DNA of 64,000 bases, from NCBI GenBank assembly GCA_017560085.1, contig JAFYPA010000051.1, positions 6,918-70,917 of the forward strand, read 5' to 3'. The number at the start of each line of letters is the position of its first letter. Positions within the stretch are counted from its first letter, which is position 1. Below the pieces are notes generated by a model. The model was not told where the DNA came from. It searched no databases and saw only the letters and a list, made by a program, of their open reading frames with translations. This DNA comes from Clostridia bacterium (lineage in GTDB: Bacteria; Bacillota; Clostridia; Oscillospirales; CAG-382). Positions 41,341 to 51,419 of the stretch are shown here, in pieces. A program made the position numbers and the translations under genes.

Positions 41341-42123
41341 TCATTTCATATTGTAAAAGCTGATTGCATTGTCGAATGTCTTCGCTTCAATCTCCTCTTT
41401 TGTAAGTCCCGTGATTTCCGCAATTTTTTCTGCGGTGTTCACCATAAGACCCGAGTGATTAAGCTCACCTCTGTGAGGTACGGGTGCAAGATAGGGACAG
41501 TCCGTTTCCAGAAGAAGCCTTGAAGGACCGTCGGGAAATTCCACAAGAGCCTCAATAGCCTCAACCGTCTTTCTCGCGTTCTTGAAGGTTACCACGCCGC
41601 CCATTGAAATGTACATTCCCATTTTGAGTATCTCACGGAGCATCTCGACAGAGCCCGAGTAGCAATGGAAAAGAATCTTTACATCGGTATAATTCTTCAC
41701 GATTTCAAGACAGTCGCCGTGAGCCTCTCTGTCGTGTATAACTGCGGGAAGTCCGAGTCTTCTTGCAAGCTCGAGATGTGCGATGAAGCATTCCTTCTGC
41801 TCTGCAATGTGGTCACGGCTCCAGTAGTAGTCAAGACCTATTTCACCGACAGCAACGCATTTTTCATCACGGCAGAGAGCCTCGATTTCGGAAAGCCATT
41901 CGGGATTCTGCATATCCTCAAACGCCGATTCGGGATGAATTCCCGCGGTGAAATACATAAAGTCATACTTGTGTGCAAGCTCTCTTGAGGCGTAAGAGCC
42001 CTTGATACTCGCACCGGCATTGACTATTCTCTTTACGCCGTATTCCGGCATTTTGGGAAGAAGCTCGTCTCTTATACCGTCGAATTTTTCGTCGTCGTAG
42101 TGAGCGTGTGAATCAAAAAGCAT
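41341..42123 (-). CDS. tatD: TatD family DNase
   Basis: FDSHAHYD, GIHPE, VGEIGLDYY, IHDREA, HCYSGS, LLETDCPYLAP. Confidence 0.95.
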   Translation of the reverse strand: MLFDSHAHYDDEKFDGIRDELLPKMPEYGVKRIVNAGASIKGSYASRELAHKYDFMYFTAGIHPESAFEDMQNPEWLSEIEALCRDEKCVAVGEIGLDYYWSRDHIAEQKECFIAHLELARRLGLPAVIHDREAHGDCLEIVKNYTDVKILFHCYSGSVEMLREILKMGMYISMGGVVTFKNARKTVEAIEALVEFPDGPSRLLLETDCPYLAPVPHRGELNHSGLMVNTAEKIAEITGLTKEEIEAKTFDNAISFYNMK

Positions 42124-42162
42124 TTTGTCTGTCCTTTCGGAGTTTTCTTTTGCAATGGCACT

Positions 42163-44592
42163 TTAACCGTTTTCGTAATGTGCAACATAGGGGATTACTT
42201 CCTCGTTGTTCTCGTCACATCTCTTGTAAAGTGCGTTAAAGAGAAGCTTGAATGTGCCGTCCTGCTGGAATCTGAAGTGGGGGCTGAAGGTGTAGAGAAG
42301 AATGTCGCCCCTTGAAATTCTGCTTCTTATAATGCAGGGAGTACCCTTTATAAGCTCCTCACCTCTGATGTAACCGCATTCAAGAACATTTTCCGTCTCA
42401 AAGCTTGCAAGCACCTCACATCTGTGAACGATATCGTTGGGATAAAGCACTGTGCCGAAAATACTGTTTACACTGAAATTCTGCGGCATACCGAGAGTGA
42501 TATCGTTGGGTACATCATTCTTTTTCGCACGGAGAAGCGAGCCGAAGGTGCCGTATTCCTTGGCACTTAATCCCGCACACTTGTCCTTGAGAGCAAGATT
42601 GAAGCTGTGATTGAAATAGTCGCAGGACTTTTCCCAGGCAATTGCTCTGCCACCGCGGGCGAAGAATTTCTTCAGTTCCTCAAGCCCCTTCTTGCCGATA
42701 CCCGTCTGATATTCAATTGGCGCACGCTCGGGAGGATTGTCACCGAAGGCAATTTCGTTTTCTCTGTCGCCTGCGAAAATGATTGCTTCAACATCATCGG
42801 GAATGCCGTTTTCTCTGATTTCCTTGTCGTCGAGAGTCACATAGTCAAAGCCGTAGGTTATAAGAATATTTCTTGTGAAGCCCTCTTCGACACTTCCCGT
42901 GCTGTTACCCTTGTGGTAAAGACCAACCTTGCGGAATTTTATCTCACATCTTCCTTCGCCGTCCTCAAGGTAGAAGTTGCCATCACCGTCACGGTAAACC
43001 TTCTTGCCGGCTGAAAGCTGTTTGTTGACTTCCATATAAGAAGCATTTTCCGTAGCCTTAAGCGGGAAGGAGAGAGCCTCCTTCTTTTCGGTATATTCAA
43101 AGGGAACAAGGTCGGAATCGGAAATTTTCGTATATGCGGGAATTGTCTTAAGCCCCATGGAAAGCGCCACGGAAAGATTTGCCGAATCGGTAATTTTCGG
43201 TGTGCCGTCGGGAGTAAAGGTGTAATCGTTTACGGGGTGAGCCGTTCTGTCGGCATACAGACACGCCGCCGCATATTTCGGCTGTGCAAGGGGAACAGCG
43301 TATGTACCCTCGGGATAAATCACACCGCCGACCTCGATGGGCTTGTTTGTTCTCTTAACTCTTATTCTCTGATTGTGAAGAATACGAAGGAACCCGTCAA
43401 GAGCGGAGGAATCCTTCTGCTTTTCGGGAATAAGAATTGTGTTCTTGGGGTCAAGTCTGCCTCTCTCCGCCTGCATTCTGGACTTGAGAGCCATATTGGA
43501 AATAAGCTCGCGTCTGTTCTTTGCGGCGTGCTTTATAAGTGCAAGAGAGCCGAGCTTTATGTTTGTCACAACATCTGAAAGATGCCATTCGCCACCCTCC
43601 CACGGAACGGGACATTCGAGTGTGGGATATCTCTTTGTAACCTCAAGCTTGTCGGGATGAATGTATATGGGAGAAGCGATTCTGACATCCGCATTTTCCG
43701 CAAGAATACCGATAATATTGTGAAGTCTTGCGTGATGATGGAAGGTATTTATCGGGAAGCTTGTAAATCTCGGGTCGCCGAGAGTGATACCCTTTCTGCC
43801 GTTTCTCACAAGCTCCGAAGCCATAGCTGTGGTGCACTGTGATGTCTCAAACTCCATAAGACCGCTGAACTTCTCGAAAACGGGGTTAACAGTCGGACCT
43901 ATGGACATTCTCGGGTCATAGGGGTACTGATGATGGTAGGCAATGAAAATCTGCGGATTGTATTCTCTTATGGTTATGTCGTTGAGATATCTCGATTCGC
44001 AAAGTCTTTCGTAAATCGCATCTCTGTTGTTGCAGTGTCCCGCAAGGCTGTGACGCACATAAGGTGAGCAGAAGCCCTCAAAGCGAGTGCCCTTATACTT
44101 GTAGTAGTAGTCGTGGAACTTTATAAGTCCGTCAGGCTCTGCACAGGGCGTGAAAATACAGATTGTCTCCTCAAGAGCCTTGCAAAGCTCCGAGCCTTCT
44201 TTGGCTGTAAGAAGCTCATAAAGAATAAGCGGTACGGACTGTGCACCGCCCGTTTCGTTTGAGTGAATGCTGTAGTCCTGATGCACAATCGCTCTGCCTT
44301 CCTCGGAAAGCCTTGCTATTTCCTCATCCGTGAGTGTTTCATCGTTTGCCACGCGTCTTGAAATTTCGCTGTACTTATCAAGATTCTTAAGGTTTTCCTC
44401 GCTTGAAACGAAGATTACGAGAAACTCGTTTCCCTCGCTTGATTTTCCGGGGGAGACAACCTTGATTTTCTTGCTTTCCTTTTCAAGAAGTCTGTAGTAT
44501 TCACAGAGCCTGTTCCAGTGTATGAGAAGTCCGTCGCTTCCGGGCATTTCGCCGAAGAAGACCTCGGGCTTGGTTATGTTTGTGTTGTTCAT
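42163..44592 (-). CDS. M14-family zinc carboxypeptidase-like protein with a C-terminal GATase-like domain
   Basis: SIHSNETGG (HxxE), NNRD, YHHQ; start MNNTNI; no signal peptide visible. Confidence 0.8.
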   Translation of the reverse strand: MNNTNITKPEVFFGEMPGSDGLLIHWNRLCEYYRLLEKESKKIKVVSPGKSSEGNEFLVIFVSSEENLKNLDKYSEISRRVANDETLTDEEIARLSEEGRAIVHQDYSIHSNETGGAQSVPLILYELLTAKEGSELCKALEETICIFTPCAEPDGLIKFHDYYYKYKGTRFEGFCSPYVRHSLAGHCNNRDAIYERLCESRYLNDITIREYNPQIFIAYHHQYPYDPRMSIGPTVNPVFEKFSGLMEFETSQCTTAMASELVRNGRKGITLGDPRFTSFPINTFHHHARLHNIIGILAENADVRIASPIYIHPDKLEVTKRYPTLECPVPWEGGEWHLSDVVTNIKLGSLALIKHAAKNRRELISNMALKSRMQAERGRLDPKNTILIPEKQKDSSALDGFLRILHNQRIRVKRTNKPIEVGGVIYPEGTYAVPLAQPKYAAACLYADRTAHPVNDYTFTPDGTPKITDSANLSVALSMGLKTIPAYTKISDSDLVPFEYTEKKEALSFPLKATENASYMEVNKQLSAGKKVYRDGDGNFYLEDGEGRCEIKFRKVGLYHKGNSTGSVEEGFTRNILITYGFDYVTLDDKEIRENGIPDDVEAIIFAGDRENEIAFGDNPPERAPIEYQTGIGKKGLEELKKFFARGGRAIAWEKSCDYFNHSFNLALKDKCAGLSAKEYGTFGSLLRAKKNDVPNDITLGMPQNFSVNSIFGTVLYPNDIVHRCEVLASFETENVLECGYIRGEELIKGTPCIIRSRISRGDILLYTFSPHFRFQQDGTFKLLFNALYKRCDENNEEVIPYVAHYENG

Positions 44593-44685
44593 AGGTGTCC
44601 TCTTGTCTGGTAGTTTAATACCCATAAGGCAAGTTACAACCAACCCGCAAAGCAGGTCGATTGTAGCACTTGTTGTTATTTTGAA

Positions 44686-46704
44686 TCAGCGGATAATTGT
44701 ACCCTCTTTGATGGAATCGTCAAGGAAGGAAACTGTAATCTTTTCAGTACCGTCAGCCTGCTTTTCGCCTGCTGCAAGAATCATACCGTTGGAGTCAACT
44801 CCACGAAGTTTCGCCGGAGCAAGGTTTGCAACAACAATAACCTTCTTGCCGATAAGAGCATCGGGTGTGTAAGCCTTTGCAATGCCGGATACAACCTGTC
44901 TGGGAGTTCCGCTTCCGTCGTTGAGTGTAAGCTTTAAGAGCTTGTCGGAATTTTCAACGCTCTCACAAGCTTCAACCTTTGCACAGATAAGCTTAACCTT
45001 GCAGAAGTCCTCTATGGAGATTTCAGCGGGATATTCCGGCTCCTTGTGTGCCTTCTTTTCTTTCTTTTCCTTCTTGGGCTTTTCCTCAGTCTTGGGGGCG
45101 TTCATTGCTTCCTCACCGAAGATTTCAAGAAGCTTCTTCTTTTCGTCAAGTCTTGCGAACATTCCCTCGGGAGCGGCATTAACCTTTGCGCCGTCAACAT
45201 ATTCAAGACCAAACTTTTCAGCATCCTGCCATGTTGTAACGATGATGTTTGCTGTACCCTCTGCATTTATCTGGGACTCAATCTTCTTTGCCGTGCCGGG
45301 CATAATGGGAGTAATAAGTGTTGCCGCAATTCTGATACCCTCGATAAGGTTGTAAAGAACTGTACCGAGTACATCCCTCTTGTCCTCGTCCTTAGAGAGA
45401 GCCCAAGGCATGGTTTCGTCAATGTACTTGTTAAGACGGCGAAGAACTGCCATAATTTCATCGCAGGCATCCGCAACGTGGAATGTGTCGAGCTTTTCCG
45501 CAACAGCCTTTACGCCACCCTCAACGGTAGAAATAAGGTCTGCATCGAACTCTGTCGCAACAGTGCTCTTGGGAATAACACCGTCAAAGTACTTGTTAAT
45601 CATGGCAACCGTTCTGTTTACAAGGTTACCGAGTGTGTTTGCAAGGTCGGAGTTGAACTTTGCAATGAAGTTTTCGTATGTGATGGAGCCGTCCTGAAGG
45701 AAGGGCATTTCGGAAAGAACATAGTATCTTACAGCATCCGTTCCGAAGTGAGAAGCAAGGTCGTCCGCATAAATAGCATTACCGCGGGACTTGGAAATCT
45801 TTTCGTCACCGACAAGAAGCCACGGGTGACCGAAAATCTTCTTGGGAAGGGGCTCGCCAAGTGCCATAAGAATTACGGGCCAGTAAATTGTGTGGAATCT
45901 GAGAATATCCTTACCGATAACCTGAACGTCTGCAGGCCAGTATTTCTGATAAAGCTCACCCTTTTCGTCAACAGCATAGCCGAGAGCGGTTATGTAGTTT
46001 GAAAGAGCATCAATCCAAACGTAGATAACGTGACCGGGGTCGAATTCAACGGGAACACCCCAGGTGAATGTGGAACGGGAAATACAGAGATCCTGAACAC
46101 CGGGCTTTATGAAGTTGTTAACCATTTCCTTCTTTCTTGCCTCGGGCTCGATGAAGTCGGGATGCTCGTCAATGTACTTTTCGAGCCTTTCCTGATACTT
46201 TGAAAGCTTTAAGAAGTAAGCCTCCTCCTTGGACTTCTGAACGGGTCTGCCGCAGTCGGGACAGATGTGCTCGCCGTTTTCCGAGAGAGCCTGAGTTTCT
46301 GTCCAGAAGCTTTCGCAGGGAGTACAGTACCACCCCTCGTATTCGCCCTTGTAGATATCGCCCTGCTCGTAGAGCTTGTTGAATATCTTCTGTACAGCCT
46401 TTACGTGGTAGTCGTCTGTTGTTCTGATGAACTTGTCGTAGCTGATGTCCATAATTGACCAGATGTTCTTAAGCTCGCCCGTGATGTTGTCAACATAGCT
46501 TTGCGGTGTAATGCCCGCTTCCTTTGCGGCCTCCTCAATCTTAAGACCGTGCTCGTCTGTGCCGGTAAGGAAGAAAACGTCCTTTCCGAGAAGTCTCTGG
46601 TATCTTGCGATTGCGTCACACATAATGAGCTCGTAGGTGTTGCCTATGTGGGGCTTTCTTGAGGTGTAGGGAATCGCAGTTGTAATGAAAAATTTTTCTG
46701 CCAT
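44686..46704 (-). CDS. metG: Methionine--tRNA ligase with a C-terminal tRNA-binding domain
   Basis: PHIGN (HIGH-like), LTGTDEHGLK, CTPCE..CPDC zinc knuckle, YVWIDAL, KISKS (KMSKS), ANLAPAKLRGVDSNGMILAA. Start MAEKFF. Confidence 0.97.
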   Translation of the reverse strand: MAEKFFITTAIPYTSRKPHIGNTYELIMCDAIARYQRLLGKDVFFLTGTDEHGLKIEEAAKEAGITPQSYVDNITGELKNIWSIMDISYDKFIRTTDDYHVKAVQKIFNKLYEQGDIYKGEYEGWYCTPCESFWTETQALSENGEHICPDCGRPVQKSKEEAYFLKLSKYQERLEKYIDEHPDFIEPEARKKEMVNNFIKPGVQDLCISRSTFTWGVPVEFDPGHVIYVWIDALSNYITALGYAVDEKGELYQKYWPADVQVIGKDILRFHTIYWPVILMALGEPLPKKIFGHPWLLVGDEKISKSRGNAIYADDLASHFGTDAVRYYVLSEMPFLQDGSITYENFIAKFNSDLANTLGNLVNRTVAMINKYFDGVIPKSTVATEFDADLISTVEGGVKAVAEKLDTFHVADACDEIMAVLRRLNKYIDETMPWALSKDEDKRDVLGTVLYNLIEGIRIAATLITPIMPGTAKKIESQINAEGTANIIVTTWQDAEKFGLEYVDGAKVNAAPEGMFARLDEKKKLLEIFGEEAMNAPKTEEKPKKEKKEKKAHKEPEYPAEISIEDFCKVKLICAKVEACESVENSDKLLKLTLNDGSGTPRQVVSGIAKAYTPDALIGKKVIVVANLAPAKLRGVDSNGMILAAGEKQADGTEKITVSFLDDSIKEGTIIR

Positions 46705-46748
46705 TGTTGTATGTCCTTTCTGATAACTGTCGTATATTTTTTGAGGAA

Positions 46749-47528
46749 TCATTCCTCTGTGATTTCATTGTCCGAGCCTGTCGGTGCTGTGGATGCTATA
46801 ATGTCAAATACCCTTGTGTCGGGCGTTTCCTCGTCGTCCTCTTTTCTGCTTTTTGCATAAACGGCGTAAAGCATTACGGTTATTGGCAAGGCATATGTGA
46901 AAAACAGAATTCCGAAGGAGAGCACCGCAAGAATATAAGCGGGGATGAGTCCGAGCTGAGCCTTCAGCATTGCCGCCTTTTCCCGTATTCTGTACTTATG
47001 CATTTCACCGACCGAAAAGTCCATTGCGGAAAGCATAAATTTCACACCGAGATACACAAACCATAAATACATAAGCAGATATGCAATCGCAAGGTACGGA
47101 TTGAGATATCCGTACACAGTTCCCTCTGCCGTGTAAATCTCCGCAAATTGCAGAAGAAGCATCGGCGGAGCAACTCCCAAAATAATTCCCGGGATTTTTG
47201 AGAGAAGGAAGCCGTAGCACTTAAAAAGCCTTCTCGCACGGAAGAAGCAAAGCATATCTGAAAGCTCCGCATTCATTCCGCTTGCCGCCTTTGCAAACAG
47301 CGAGATATAGCCCATAAAAAAGGGATATATCAGAAGAAATGTTGCAATATCAAGTGTAAGCAGTGCCGTGAAAAACACATCGTCGCTCGCACTTACCGTT
47401 AAAAGCTCGAGATAGGTGTTGGATAGCAGTACAAAGCCGAAGGAAAGGGCGATGAAAAACAGCGTTGCGGGAAACAGTACTCTGTAGTGCGAGAAGAGAA
47501 GCTCCCTTGCCGTTTTCTTTTTTGTCAT
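46749..47528 (-). CDS. Membrane protein, function unknown
   Basis: ORF with about 5-6 TM segments; start uncertain (47528 or 47552). Confidence 0.7.
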   Translation of the reverse strand: MTKKKTARELLFSHYRVLFPATLFFIALSFGFVLLSNTYLELLTVSASDDVFFTALLTLDIATFLLIYPFFMGYISLFAKAASGMNAELSDMLCFFRARRLFKCYGFLLSKIPGIILGVAPPMLLLQFAEIYTAEGTVYGYLNPYLAIAYLLMYLWFVYLGVKFMLSAMDFSVGEMHKYRIREKAAMLKAQLGLIPAYILAVLSFGILFFTYALPITVMLYAVYAKSRKEDDEETPDTRVFDIIASTAPTGSDNEITEE

Positions 47529-47606
47529 TCGTGCTTTCTTTATAATCATCACTCCTTAGGGGTTTCTTCGGTATATTGTTTCCGAAAATTGGAATTCAAT
47601 ACGCAA

Positions 47607-48770
47607 TCAGTGAGCCTGCTTTCCCGCAGCAAAGGTGTGAAGAAGCTTGTAGCCCTCACCGAGAATATTAAAATCGGCACGCTTTCCGACCTCAACCGAG
47701 CCCGTTTTGCCGTAAATTCCGCAGAGCACAGCGGGGTGCTTTGTGGCACAGATAATCGCTCTTTCAAAGGGAATGCGTGCAAATTCGGAAAGATTGAGAA
47801 CTGCTCTGTGCATATCAAGCCTTGAGCCTGCGATTGTGCCGTCCTTGAGTCTTGCCTGACCGCCGGTGATTGTAACCTCCATGCCCGCACTTCCGAAGGT
47901 GTAGCCCTCAATGTCGGGAAGTCCTGCCGCCTGAATGGAGTCGGAAACGAGAACGAGATTGTCCGGTCTTGCGTGGTAAAGAATGGAAGCCGCAACCTTA
48001 TCAACGTGGAAGCCGTCGCAGATAAGCTCGGGCCAGCCGTCCTCACAGTAGAGAGCCGCACCGACAACACCGGGGTCTCTGTGTCCGAGAGGGGACATTG
48101 CGTTGAAGGTGTGGATAAATGAATTTGCACCGAGCGAAATCGCCGCTCTTGCGGTTTCGAAGTCTGTATTGGTGTGACCGATTGCGGTCATAACTCCGAG
48201 CCTTGTGCATTCCTTGATGAAGTCAAATGCACCGTCAAGCTCGGGAGCGACTGTAACTCGGAGCTTTATGTCGTCGCCCGTAATCTCAAGAGCCTTCTTT
48301 ATGAAGTCGATTTCGGGGTTCTTCAGAAGCTCGGGTCTGTGTGCGCCCTTCTTTGCGTGGGAAAGGTAAGGACCCTCAAAGTGAATGCAGTCGATGTTCA
48401 CGGAAGCATCCGTTCTTGCAAGCTCGCACAAATCCTTTGTCGCCTGAAGAATGGATTCGTAGGTGTCCGTTGAAACGGTAGGGAATACGGAAGCAGTACC
48501 GGTATTTGTGTAGTGCGTGAAAAGTGTCTTGTATTCTTCCTTGGTCTGTCTTTGAAAGCAAAGCTTCAATGCACCGTGAGTGTGGATGTCGATGTATGCG
48601 GGAGTGATGTATTTTCCGCTTGCATCAATTACCTCGTCACAGCCTGCGGGAACCTCGCCCGTAATATCCATAGCCGCTATTTTACCGTCGGCAACAAGGA
48701 TATTCTTATTTTCAAAGACCTCGCATTCGGAATTGAAAACCTTACCCGAATGAATGTAAATCTTACTCAT
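47607..48770 (-). CDS. nagA: N-acetylglucosamine-6-phosphate deacetylase
   Basis: YIDIHTHG, IHFEGPYL..AKKGAH, TVAPE, IGHT, HTFNAMS, ICDGFHV, LVSDS, IAGS. Confidence 0.92.
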   Translation of the reverse strand: MSKIYIHSGKVFNSECEVFENKNILVADGKIAAMDITGEVPAGCDEVIDASGKYITPAYIDIHTHGALKLCFQRQTKEEYKTLFTHYTNTGTASVFPTVSTDTYESILQATKDLCELARTDASVNIDCIHFEGPYLSHAKKGAHRPELLKNPEIDFIKKALEITGDDIKLRVTVAPELDGAFDFIKECTRLGVMTAIGHTNTDFETARAAISLGANSFIHTFNAMSPLGHRDPGVVGAALYCEDGWPELICDGFHVDKVAASILYHARPDNLVLVSDSIQAAGLPDIEGYTFGSAGMEVTITGGQARLKDGTIAGSRLDMHRAVLNLSEFARIPFERAIICATKHPAVLCGIYGKTGSVEVGKRADFNILGEGYKLLHTFAAGKQAH

Positions 48771-48823
48771 AAATAATTCTCTCCTTGATTCAAAAAGCGA
48801 AGGAAACAAAGCTTCCAACCTTT

Positions 48824-48850
48824 AATTCCGATAATTCCGAATTCCGAATT
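48824..48850. repeat. Heptamer tandem array (AATTCCG)n overlapping the stop codon of the lsrG-like gene
   Basis: AATTCCG-AT-AATTCCG-AATTCCG-AATT. Confidence 0.7.
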
Positions 48851-49151
48851 ATTCAAAGTCCTCGGGGAAAAGCGCATCGCAGGGAACACCGACTCTGGGC
48901 TCTGCCATAAATTCGGCAACACCCTCACGCCACTTCTTGTAGTGCTCGGTGTCCTTGTGAGCCTTTGCGGCTTCCTCGGTTGCGTATGCCTCGTAAAGAA
49001 TAAAGTAGTTGGGGTCCTCTCTTGAGCGAAGAACATCAAATCTGAGGTTTCCGTCCTCCTTTATTGCGTTGTCGTGATTGTACTTTGTGAACTTGAGAAA
49101 TTCCTCTGCTTTTCCGGGAATAACGTGCACGTTTACAACTGTAACTATCAT
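48849..49151 (-). CDS. LsrG-like / ABM-family dimeric alpha-beta barrel protein
   Basis: AIKEDGNLRFDVL, FILYEAY, AHKDTEHYKKWREGVAEFMAEPR, as in LsrG/YneC. Confidence 0.85.
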   Translation of the reverse strand: MIVTVVNVHVIPGKAEEFLKFTKYNHDNAIKEDGNLRFDVLRSREDPNYFILYEAYATEEAAKAHKDTEHYKKWREGVAEFMAEPRVGVPCDALFPEDFE

Positions 49152-49352
49152 ATTCTTTTTCCTTTCTTTGGGATGAAAATTTCATTATATAATATAACAG
49201 AGTATATTTTACTACTGTTTGCCGAATAAATCTACTGTTATATTGTTAACATCGGCAAAAATCGGAAAAACTTAGCGAAGCTTTTCAAAAAAAGACGCAA
49301 AAAAAGACAGGGCGTAAATATCCACCCTGCCTGTGCGGTGTTACGGAGAAAA

Positions 49353-50138
49353 TCAGATAATGTCCGCGCTTCTGCGTGTTTCCTTGGGAGTTCGTCCCGT
49401 GAATTTGCGGTAAACCCTGCGAAGGTATGAGGGCGAGGAAAATCCGCAGATATCGCATATTTCCTCAAGGGTGAGCTTGCCTCTGACAATAAGCTCCTCC
49501 GCTCTTCGTACCTTTATGAGATTCTTGTAGTCGGTGGGCGTGTAGCCGACGGTTTTTCGGAAAAGATTGTAAAACTTGGACTGACTCATACAGCAGAGCT
49601 TTGCAAGATGCGGTACGGAAATTTCCTCGGTGCAGTGTGCCTCTATGTATTCAACCGCCGCACCGATTTCGCTGTATCTCGGAATCTCCGCCTTTCGGAA
49701 TCTTTTATCCGTCACGGACAGAATTTCGTAAAAGGCAGACAGCGCAACGAGATTGTCACCACCGTCCGAGCCGGAGGAATTGTACAGCCTGTCAAAGGTG
49801 ATTTTCAGCTCGGGAGCGTGTATTTTTGAGAATTCATACATATGACTTGTTGCACTTTCCGATGCGAATTCGAAGTTCAGCGAATAGAATATCAGCTCGG
49901 GCGTTGCCTTCCATACGGATGTATAAATCTGCCCTTTCGGAATAAAAACGAGATCGCCCGGGAAAAGCTCGATTGTTCTGTCAGATGCGGTAAACACACC
50001 CGTCCCCGCAAGGATAAATCCAAAGCAAGGATTTGGAAAACCTATTGTATTTCCCGAAGTATAGCCTGTCCTGTCGTAATGCCGAAAGATATAGCATTTT
50101 GAAAGAAAGAGGGATTTGTCTATATATTTGTGTATCAT
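49353..50138 (-). CDS. AraC family transcriptional regulator
   Basis: Cupin-like N-terminus, C-terminal double HTH (LAKLCCMSQSKFYNLF; CGFSSPSYLRRVYRKFTGRTP). Start could be 50147. Confidence 0.92.
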   Translation of the reverse strand: MIHKYIDKSLFLSKCYIFRHYDRTGYTSGNTIGFPNPCFGFILAGTGVFTASDRTIELFPGDLVFIPKGQIYTSVWKATPELIFYSLNFEFASESATSHMYEFSKIHAPELKITFDRLYNSSGSDGGDNLVALSAFYEILSVTDKRFRKAEIPRYSEIGAAVEYIEAHCTEEISVPHLAKLCCMSQSKFYNLFRKTVGYTPTDYKNLIKVRRAEELIVRGKLTLEEICDICGFSSPSYLRRVYRKFTGRTPKETRRSADII

Positions 50139-50188
50139 AAATGTCACCTTAAAATATTTCGATTTGCAGAATTGTACCCTTTTATGAT

Positions 50189-50217
50189 AGTATACTGTCT
50201 TGTGTGTTATTTGTCAA
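50189..50217 (-). promoter_or_regulatory. Sigma-A promoter of the AraC gene (divergent from the MDR genes)
   Basis: TTGACA-17 nt-TATACT on the minus strand. Confidence 0.7.
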
Positions 50218-50273
50218 TAGGTTATAATGAAAACAGAATAAAACACAATAAGTCATATACAAGGAGTAAACTT

Positions 50274-51293
50274 ATGAAAAGAAAAATAATTCTGTTTACA
50301 GAGCCCTATAAGGCAGAGCTTATCGAGCAGGAAATTGCAGATACTCCCGCCGCAAACGAGGTATATGTAAAAACCGTATATTCCACAATCAGCGCAGGCA
50401 CGGAAAAGGCAAACTTCATCGGAGATATGAATGTCAGCCCGAATCCGAATTTTGTACCTGCCTTCCCGAGATACTGCGGTTATGCAGCGGCAGGTGAAGT
50501 AATCGCCATAGGCAGCAACGTTACAAAATGTAAGGTAGGCGACAGAGTTGTCGTTGCCTGGAGCAGCCACACAAATATTAACGTAAAGGATCAGGGCAAT
50601 ATCGCTATCATCCCCGATAACGTTTCCTATTCCGAGGCTTCTCCCACACTTATTTCAATCTTCCCGCTCTCCGCAATAAGAAAAACGGTACTCGAAGCGG
50701 GTGAATCCTCGCTCGTTATGGGACTCGGTATCCTCGGATGCTTTGCGGTACATCAGCTCCGTGCCCTCGGTGCATATCCGATTATCGCCGCAGACCCCGT
50801 AAAGGAAAGAAGAGACCTTGCACTTCAGCTCGGCGCAGACTATGCCCTTGACCCCACAGAGCCCGACTTCGCAGAAAAGGTAAAGAGCCTTACAAACGGC
50901 GGTGCCGCAACCTGTATCGAGGTAACGGGCGTAGGTCAGGGACTTGACACAGCCCTCGACTGTATGGCAATGCGTGGCAGAATTGCCCTGCTCGGCTGTA
51001 CAAGAGACAAGAACTTTACCATCGACTACTACAGAAAGGTTCACGGCAGAGGCATCCAGATGTTCGGCGCCCACATTGCCGCAACACCCACACTTGAATC
51101 CTCCCACGGCTACCGCACCCAGATGGACGAGGTAAGAACTGTACTCGGACTCCTCGGCGGCGGCAGACTTAACTACAAGCAGTTCATCACAGCCCACGGA
51201 AACCCCGAGGATTGTCAGGAGATTTTCACAAGACTTGCAAACGACAGGAACTTCCCGATAGGATTTCAGTTTGACTGGGAAAACATTAAATAA
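50274..51293 (+). CDS. MDR-family (alcohol dehydrogenase-like) oxidoreductase, copy 1
   Basis: STISAGTE, GYAAAGEV, VMGLGILG (Rossmann), IEVTG, GRIALLG. Start MKRKII behind AGGAG. Confidence 0.9.
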   Translation: MKRKIILFTEPYKAELIEQEIADTPAANEVYVKTVYSTISAGTEKANFIGDMNVSPNPNFVPAFPRYCGYAAAGEVIAIGSNVTKCKVGDRVVVAWSSHTNINVKDQGNIAIIPDNVSYSEASPTLISIFPLSAIRKTVLEAGESSLVMGLGILGCFAVHQLRALGAYPIIAADPVKERRDLALQLGADYALDPTEPDFAEKVKSLTNGGAATCIEVTGVGQGLDTALDCMAMRGRIALLGCTRDKNFTIDYYRKVHGRGIQMFGAHIAATPTLESSHGYRTQMDEVRTVLGLLGGGRLNYKQFITAHGNPEDCQEIFTRLANDRNFPIGFQFDWENIK

Positions 51294-51323
51294 TGCATAA
51301 TGCATAATGCATAATGCATAATT
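51291..51323. repeat. Heptamer tandem array (TAATGCA)4 starting at the stop codon
   Basis: TAATGCA x4 plus TAATT, followed by an AAGACCG-rich hairpin (51324-51359) and GATTGC-TTC-GCAATC (51364-51378). Confidence 0.85.
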
Positions 51324-51419
51324 AAGACCGAAAAGACCGCTTGCGGTCTTCACGGTCTTGGTTGATTGCTTCGCAATCTTCATTTGATTAAAAAATAAAA
51401 TATACACGGGGACATAATT

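Noticed and set aside
49262-49300. AAAAACTTAGCGAAGCTTTTCAAAAAAAGACG as a second copy of the 51643-51672 motif
   Set aside because: The similarity is only partial and the palindrome is broken; it cannot be distinguished from AT-rich chance without a genome-wide model.
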